This document shows positions 15,001 to 24,000 of a stretch of 64,000 nt of DNA, in pieces. Position 1 is the stretch's first letter. Every line of letters begins with the position of its first letter. The notes below the pieces were generated by a model, which was given only the letters and a program-made list of their open reading frames with translations, made no database searches and had not been told where the DNA came from. Made by a program: the position numbers and the translations under genes. The DNA is from an uncultured Gammaproteobacteria bacterium (GTDB taxonomy: Bacteria > Patescibacteriota > Microgenomatia > Levybacterales > GWA1-39-11): assembly GCA_964485575.1 (NCBI GenBank), contig CAZAJO010000008.1:921-64920 (forward strand), given 5' to 3'.

Positions 15001-18000
15001 AGGCTCCCGTTGATGGGGTTGTTGCACCAATTGCAGTACTATTTATACCTGTTGCGGTTGCTGTGAAGTTGCCTGAAGTGATCAGTAAATTGTTGACTCC
15101 GGCATTGATAGATGATGCAGACAAACCTGAAAGACTGAGTACCCCGGAAGTTGCGGTAAGATTGATTGCCCCGGTCGTCAGGGTCAACCCATTTGATGCT
15201 GTCAAAAGACCAGCAGATGTTATAGTACCGGTTCCGGTTGTTGCTATATTTCCACTTGTTGTAAGATTTCCAAGCTCATTTATGGTCAAAGTTGCAGATC
15301 CGGAGGACTGAATCTCAAGAGCAGTATTTGTATTCTCGTTATTGTCGTTGATGATAAATGCAGAAGCTGTCCCTTGGTTTGTGAGAGTCAATGAGGTCGT
15401 CTGATCTTGACCCAATGTAAAGTCAATACTTCTTCCAGGAGTCGTTGTTATAGAGTTCCCAGTGTTGTAAGCAGCCTGCAGTCCAAATGGTGCACCGTTA
15501 CAGTACGCAAGGTTGTTACTTACGTCCAAACAAAGGGTGTTCCCATTCTGAGTCTGTAGACCATTGATCTGGATTCTCTCATTAGATGTTGTATTGAACA
15601 CTACGTTGTTACCGGTTGATGGTGTAAATACAGCAGATCCTGAAGCATCAAATGAATTTCCATTTGTGATAATCACATTTCCGTTGAAAGTAGAGATCCC
15701 AGCAACATCTAGAGTACTTCCAAGAGTAGTAGCTCCAGTCCCAACGCTAAAGGTATTGCTACCGGTGACCGTTGTATTCCCGTTCAACGAAACGTTACCG
15801 GTACCCGTGGAGAACGTGTATGCTCCAACTTGGGTAATATTATTATTGAAAGTTCCAACTCCATTGACAGTCAATGCACCTCCAAGAGTCGTAAGACCGG
15901 TTCCTACGGTAAATGTATTTGCTCCCGTTACTGATGTATTTCCATTCAGAAGAGTCAGTGCATTAATGTTGAGGTTCCCAATCCCATTTAATGGGCTTAG
16001 TGTGATTTCACCTGTTGTGTCACCACCGATGGTGAGTGCACTAAGCTCTGTGGTCTGAATAGAACGTGGTGCTCCTGCAAGTGTCAAATTACCAGAGATA
16101 GATGCATTACTGGTCGTCGTAAGCAAAGTGAAATTACCGGTTGAAGGAGTAGTTACTCCAATTGCAGTACCGTTGATACCCGTTGCGGTAGTATTGAAAT
16201 TATTTGATGTGAAAGTCAAATTGTTTCCTCCGGTGTTGATACTTGATGCAGAAAGCCCAGAAAGATTTAATGTTCCCGAAGTTGCGGTTAGATTGAGTGC
16301 TCCTGTTGTTAATGTCAGTCCGTTTGATGCTGTCAAAAGACCTGCAGAGGTTATTGTTCCAGTGCCGGTTGTAGAAATATTGCCACTAGTTGTTAGATTT
16401 CCAAGCTCATTGATAGTGAGTGTAGCAGATCCCGAGGACTGGATCTCAAGGGACGTATTGGTATTTGCATTGTTATCGTTAATGATAAATGCACTAGCTG
16501 TACCAAGGTTTGTTAGTGTGAGTGAAGTTGTCTGATCCTGACCCAATGTGAATGCCAAATTTCGTCCAGGAGTTGTCGTTATCGTATTTCCTGTATTATA
16601 TGCAGCTTGAAGTCCGAAAGGTGCTCCGTTACAGTACGCAAGGTTGTTACTTACGTCAAGACATAGAGTATTACCATTCTGAGTCTGTAGACCATTTATC
16701 TGTATCCTCTCAGTACCAGTAGTATTGAATACTACATTGTTCCCAGACGAAGGAGCAAAAACAGCAGCGCCTGAAGCGTTGAATGAATTACCTGTTGTTA
16801 TAAATACGTTACTGTTAAATGTTGCAGTGCCCGCAACATCAAGAGTGCTTCCAAGAGTTGTAGCACCGGTTCCGACAGTAAAGGTATTGGATCCGGTAAC
16901 TGAAGTGTTTCCATTGAGTGAAACATTACCAGTTCCTGTTGAGAATGTGCCTGTCCCTGTTTGGGAAATGTTGTTGGTAAATGTGCCGACTCCATTAACT
17001 GTTAGTGCTCCCCCGAGTGTTGTAAGCCCGGTTCCAACAGTTAAAGTGTTCGTACCTGTAACTGATGTATTACCGTTTAGAGTGATTGCGCCAGTTCCAG
17101 TTGTGAATGTGCTAGCACCTACCTGGCTTATGTTGTCATTAAATGTGGATACACCTAAGACATTCAATGTACCGTTGAATGCTGAATTTCCATTGACCGT
17201 AAAGTTACCTGCACCTGAAAGAGGGGATACCACAATATTTCCTGTCGTATTTCCACCAATTGTAAGAGTGTTGTTCTCGGTTGTCTGGATCGAGCGGGGA
17301 GCACCGGCAAGAGTTAGATCTCCAGAGAATGATGCAGTACCAGTTGTTGTTAGATTTGTGAAATTACCCGTCGATGGAGTAGTAGCACCGATGGCAGTGT
17401 TGTTTATGCCAGTAGCAGTGACGGTAAAATTACCGGATCCGATGAGTAAATTATTTCCTCCAAACTGTAGTGATGAAGCAGATAGACCAGACAAATTGAG
17501 TGCTCCTGATGTACCGGTGATATTAACAGCACCAGTCGTTACGCTGAGTCCGTTTGACGCTGTCAATAGCGCATTAGATGTTATAGTGCCTGTTCCGGTA
17601 GTTGCTATATTTCCACTCGTTGTAAGATTTCCAAGCTCGTTTATAGACAAAGTTGCAGATCCCGAAGACTGGATTTCAAGAGATGTATTAGTATTGGCAT
17701 TATTGTCATTGATGATAAATGCTGAAGCAGTACCCAGATTAGTCAGGGTAAGAGATGTTGTCTGATCTTGACCCAATGTAAATGCAAGGTCACGACCCGG
17801 AGTTGTCGTTATCGTGTTTCCGGTGTTGTATGCTGCTTGAAGTCCAAATGGAGCACCGTTACAGTATGCAAGATTATTGCTTACATCCAAACAAAGGGTG
17901 TTCCCATTCTGAGTCTGTAACCCATTGATTTGAATTCTTTCATTTGAGGATGTATTAAATACGACATTATTGCCGGTAGAAGGTGTAAATACAGCTGATC

Positions 18001-21000
18001 CTGAAGCATTGAATGAGTTACCAGTTGTTACAAATACGTTGCCATTAAATGTTGCTGTACTAGCAACTGTAAGCGTACTGCCCAACGTTGTCGCACCAGT
18101 TCCGACTGAGAACGTATTGCTTCCTGTGACAGATGTATTTCCATTCAAAGAAACTGTTCCAGTCCCTGTTGAGAATGTACCGGTGCCAACTTGGCTAATA
18201 TTGTTGTTGAATGTTGCAGCCCCTTGTACACTCAAAAGGCCAGTGATGTCGGTGTTACCAGCAATCTGCACAAGTCCAGTCGTATTACCACCGATAGTCA
18301 GAGTGTTAAAGTCGGTCGTCTGAATTGAGCGTGGGGCACCTGCAAGAGTCAGATTCCCAGAGAATGAGGCATTCCCCGTAGTTGTGAGTGTAGTGAAATT
18401 ACCGGTGGAAGGGGTAGTGGCTCCTATTGCAGTATTGTTGATTCCGGTCGCAGTTGTATTGAAGTTTGATGAGGTGAATGTCAGAGCATTTGCACCTGAA
18501 TCAAATGTAGACGCACCAAGTCCAGTAAGAACAATTGCGCCTGAAGAACCAGTTATGTTTACAGCTCCAGCTGTGACTGTAAGGCCATTTGAAGCAGTTA
18601 ATAATCCGTTAGATGTTATTGTTCCCCCTGAGGTTGTGAGGATATTGTCAATAGTTGAAAGAGTTCCATTCTCACTTATTGTAAGCGTAGCCGAACCACT
18701 ACTTTGAATAGACAGTGCATTTTGGATAGAAGCATTGGTGTCATTGATAACAAATGCTGCACTTCCGGTTCCGGCATTGGTGAGCAGGAACTGACGTGAT
18801 GAAAGATCAGCAAGTGTAAAGTCAATATTCCCATGAAGATCGTTAGCAACTATGGTATTTCCTGAATTGTATGCCTGCTGTAGGGTAACATTAAGAGCGT
18901 TTGATGAACAAATAGAAAGCTCGTTTGCCCCATTTCGACAAACAACTGTCGCACCAACGGTTCCTGAAAGATTTGGAATCCTTGTTATAGTATTTAGTAC
19001 TATTTGTCCCGTTCCGTCAGGTGAAAGAGTAAGATCCTCATTTGAATTGGTTGTGATATCTGTTGCAGCACCTGAGAATATGAGCCCTGTAGATCCTATC
19101 GATTTATTTGAAAGAGTCTGGGTCTGATTAGCAAAAATGAATGTGTCATCTGCAGTGAGTGCTGGAATGGTGGCAAATCTTGACGCAGAGGGAGCAAGAG
19201 ATGTGATTGTCGTAGTATTAGTCGTTCCAAGTACTACCTGGTTTGTTGTGTTTGTGAGATTTAGAGACGCAAATGTTGGCGATGATGTCGCAGCGATACT
19301 TTGAGGTAATGAAAGAGAAATAGTACCAGACCCATTAGCCACGAGAACTTGATTTGAAGTACCCGTAATAGTATTCAAACTAAACCCTGACCCATTCCCT
19401 ATGAGAAGAGCTCCATTTGGAGCAGCAGAACTATCCACCCCGGTTCCACCTCTCAAAGGTGCGAGTTGTTGTTCTGAGGCAAGAACACCTGATGCGTTAT
19501 TGATGACAACTCCAGCTGTTGTAAACGGAGATATGGTGACAGATGTATTTGCCGTAACTGTTGTGAATGCTGCAGTTGACGGAGTAGTGGCTCCAATAGC
19601 AGTGCTATTGATTCCAGTTGCCGTGACGTTTAAGTTTGCTGCTCCGATGAGTAAATTATTTCCCCCAAACTGTAGAGATGAGGCAGATAGACCTGAAAGA
19701 CTGAGGGCTCCTGACGTGCCTGTGATATTGACTGCCCCTGTCGTTACGGTAAATCCATTTTGTGCTGTAAGAAGTCCTGCGGATGTTATGGCACCGGTAC
19801 CAGTAGTCAGGATATTTCCGCTAGTCGAAAGGTTACCAACAGACGTTAAGTTTCCGTTCTCAGAGATAGTAAGAGTTGCGCTACCACTTGATTGAGCTTG
19901 GAATACATCCTGAAGTGAGGCATTCGTGTCGTTTATGACAAAAGCAGCTGACCCAGTCCCTGCATTTGTAAGCAAAAATTGACGGGATGAAAGGTCAGCA
20001 AGAGTAATGTCGATATTACCTTCACCATCGGTTGCGCTAATAGTGTTTCCTGCTTCGTAAGCCAGTTGGAGCGAAATATTAGCAGCATTTGCAGGACACT
20101 CAGTTATCTCGTTTGTTATATCATCACGGCACAAGGTGGTCGCGCTTAGTCCAGCAGCTGGAAGATTAAGTAGTTTGGTTATATTTGAAAGGACGATCTG
20201 ACCCGTTCCATCAGGGGTAATAGTAAGGTCTTGATTCGATACGGTTGTGATATCGGTCCCTACACCATTAAAGGTTAGTGACCCTGTCGCTGTGATTGCT
20301 CCCGTTGACAAGCTATTGCTTGTGATCGAACCAGTTGTTATAAGATTTCCATTCTCAGAAATCGTGAGCGTTGCTGAACCGCTACTTTGAATAGATAGAG
20401 CATTTTGGATAGAGGCATTCGTGTCGTTTATGACAAATGCTGCTGACCCAGTACCGGCATTGGTAAGGAGGAATTGGCGAGATGAAAGGTCAGCAAGAGT
20501 GAAATCGATATTACCTTCACCATCGGTTGCGCTTATAGTGTTTCCTGCTTCGTATGCCAGTTGAAGCGAAATATTAGCAGCATTTGCCGGACACTCAGTG
20601 ATTTCATGAGAAGAATCATCACGGCAAAGTGTTGTTCCACTTACACCTGCTAATGGTAAGTTCTCTAATCGTGCAATATTTGAAAGTACGATTTGACCGG
20701 TTCCATTAGGTGTAAGCGTAAGATCTTCGTTACTGACCGTAATCAGGTCATTTGCAGCTCCAGAGAACACGAGTCCTGATGCTCCAATAGTTTTGTTAGT
20801 CAACGTTTGCGTTTGTGCCGCAAAAATAAAGGTGTCATCAAACGTGAGCGCTGGAAGTGTTGCAATACGTGGAGCACCCGGTGCTGGAGAATTTATTGTT
20901 GTAGTGTTTATTGTTCCTAATGACAATTGGTTTGTCGTTGCAGCAAGTCCGAGATTTCCTGCATATGAAAGTGTCGCAGCGTTGTCTCCCGCATTATTCA

Positions 21001-24000
21001 CGAATGCCAATTGGTATGTCGGTGCAGTTGTTAAGATCTGATTTTGGAGACTGAATGTCAGGTTATTTGACGAAGCCCCATTCCAGTAGGATCCTTGTAA
21101 TGACAATAGGTTTGAATTATTCAATGTTGCTCCACTCGTTGATGTGGCAAGTCTCAAAAGAGAGAGGGTATCAACTCCTGTCTGGTCGCCGACATTAAAA
21201 GCTGTCAGAGAAGTTATCGTCGTACCATCGTCTGTAAAATTAGAATCCCCGATATTTGATCCCGTTACGGTAAACTTGGCAAGTCTATTAAGAGTTCCAG
21301 CTCCTCCGACAACTCCACCGGCTCCAGCACAGTTTCCGACAGTAAGACAGACTGTCCCGTCATAGTCTGGAATACTTATTGTCCTCAAAGTTCCAGTTGT
21401 TATTTGACTAAGATCAAATAAGAATTGCTTTGTATTATCACCGTCATCCTGGAATGTGATTGAATTATCTGTAAGTAGTTTGTTTGTTAGAGTCTGGCTT
21501 TGGTTGGCAAAGATAAATGTGTCATTTGCACTAAGTCCTGGGATCGTAGCAATCCTTGAAGCTGCTGGCGCAACCGAGGAGATAGTCGTTGTGTTCCCAG
21601 TTCCCAAAACCAATTGATTTGTTGCCGCAAGGGAAGTAAGAACTCCTGCAGTCGTTAGATTCCCGTTCTCATTAATGGTAAGAGTAGCAGAGCCACTGCT
21701 TTGAATAGATAGGGCATTTTGTACGGACGCATTTGTATCATTTATGACAAATGCAGCACTTCCTGTACCTGCGTTTGTGAGCAGGAACTGTCGTGATGAA
21801 AGATCTGCAAGAGTTAGTGAAATATCACCAAACGAGTTAGAAGCGCTGATTGTGTTTCCAGCTTCGTACGCTAGCTGAAGGGAAATGTTTGCTGCATTTG
21901 CTGGACATTCGGTGACCTGATGAGATAAATCATCGCGGCAAAGTGTCGTTGCGGCAACACCTGCGACTGGCAGGTTCTCAAGACGCGTGATATTGGAAAG
22001 AACAATCTGGCCGGTTCCATTTGGAGTAATGGTAAAGTCCTCGTTGGCAAGCGTTGAGATGTCTGTTGCAGCACCAGAGAAAACAAGACCAGTCGTACCA
22101 ATGGTCTTATTGGTGAGGGTTTGAGTTTGCTGCGCGAAAATAAATGTATCATCGACGGTAAGTGCTGGTAATGTTGCAATTCGTGGGGCAGAAGGCGCAA
22201 CCGAACTTATTGTTGTCGTGTTTCCAGATCCCAAAACCAATTGATTGGTTGCCGCTTGCGCTGTCAAAGTTGTTGCTGAAAGGATAGACCCGGTTCCGGT
22301 GGTTAGGATATTTCCCGACGTTGATAGGAGCCCATTTTCATTGATGGTAAGAGTTGCGCTACCACTGCTTTGGATAACGAGTGAATTATTGACAGAACCG
22401 CTCGTATCATTGATTACAAAAGCACTTGCTGTTCCGACGTTTGTTAGAAGGAGGGAAGTCGAAAGACCTGATCCTAATGTAAAGTCGATATTCCTATTTG
22501 CTGTTGTAGTTATCGTATTTCCTGAATCATAAGCAAGCTGCAATGAGACGTTGCTAGCATTTGCCGGACATTGTGTAATCTCGTTACTGACGTTATCACG
22601 ACAAAGGGTAGTTGCGGCAACTCCGGCAGCAGGAAGACTACCAAGTCTTACTGTATTCGAAAGAACAATTTGCCCAATCCCTGAAGCAGACAAAGTCAGG
22701 TCTTCATTGCTTGCGGTCGTTATGTCTGTGGCAGCACCTGAAAAGATAAGACCTGTAGATCCGATTGTCTTGTTACTTAATGTCTGCGTTTCGTTTGCAA
22801 ATACAAAAGTGTCTGACGCATTTAAAGCAGGTATCGTTGCTGTCCTTGGGACTGACTGTGAGTTGGAGTTTATAACAAGCGTATTACCGGCAGCACCTAG
22901 CGTAAGCTGATTACTTGTGTTTGAAAGTGTTTGCGATGCGAATGTCGGTGACGAAGTAGCGGCAATATCTTGAGGCGTAGAAAGAACAATTGTTCCACTA
23001 CCGTTCACAACATTTACCTGATTTGATGTACCTGAAATGTAATTAAGACTAAGTCCGGTACCATTGCCTATTAAAATCTGCCCAGGCAAAGCTGCTGATG
23101 TATCAAGGCCTGTTCCTCCTCGAGCCGGATTGAGTTGAGCGATAGTTGAGAAAACTCCCGAAGAATTATTGATTACAACTCCATCTGTTATGAAGCTTGA
23201 AAGAGTAAAAGCACCATTTGCCGACAGGTTAGTAAAAGCACCCGTTGAAGGGGTAGTACTACCCACAGCAGTACTGTTGATTCCGGTAGCTGTTGTGTTG
23301 AGGTTTGCTGATGTAATGAGTAAGTTATTTACTCCAGTTGATATACTTGAACCAGATAGGCCTGACAAATTAAGCGTACCTGCAGTAGCGGTAAGGTTAA
23401 GAGTGCCGGTTGTTAATGTAAGACCGTTTGATGCAGTAAGTGTTCCGGCTGAAGTAATAGTACCTGCTCCGGTTGTTAAGATATTTCCACTCGTTGACAA
23501 AATACCGTTCTCGTTGATGGTAAGTGTCGTTGAACCACCTGATTGCACTTCCAATGCATTCTGGATAGCAGCATTTGTATCATTGATAACAAGTGCTGAA
23601 GAGGCGGTTCCTGCATTTGTTAGGGTTAATGCACGGGCACTATCAGATGCCAACGTAAAGTCTAAGTTGCCGATAGAATCTGAAACGCTTATCGTGTTTC
23701 CGGAATTGTAAGCAAGTTGCAGTGAAATGCCACCAGCGTTTGCTGGACATTGAGTTATCTCGTTGCTGACGTTATCGCGACAAAGAGTTGTAGCACTTAC
23801 CCCAGGCCCTGGAAGATTTAAAAGACGGGTAGTGTTGGAAAGAACGATTTGCCCTGTCCCATTTGGAGTAATGGTGAAGTCTTCATTGGCAAGCGTTGAA
23901 ACATCAGTCGCTGCTCCTGAAAAGGTAAGGCCGGTCGCACCGATAGTCTTGTTGGAAAGAGTCTGTGTTTCATTGGCAAAGACAAATGTGTCATCCGCAG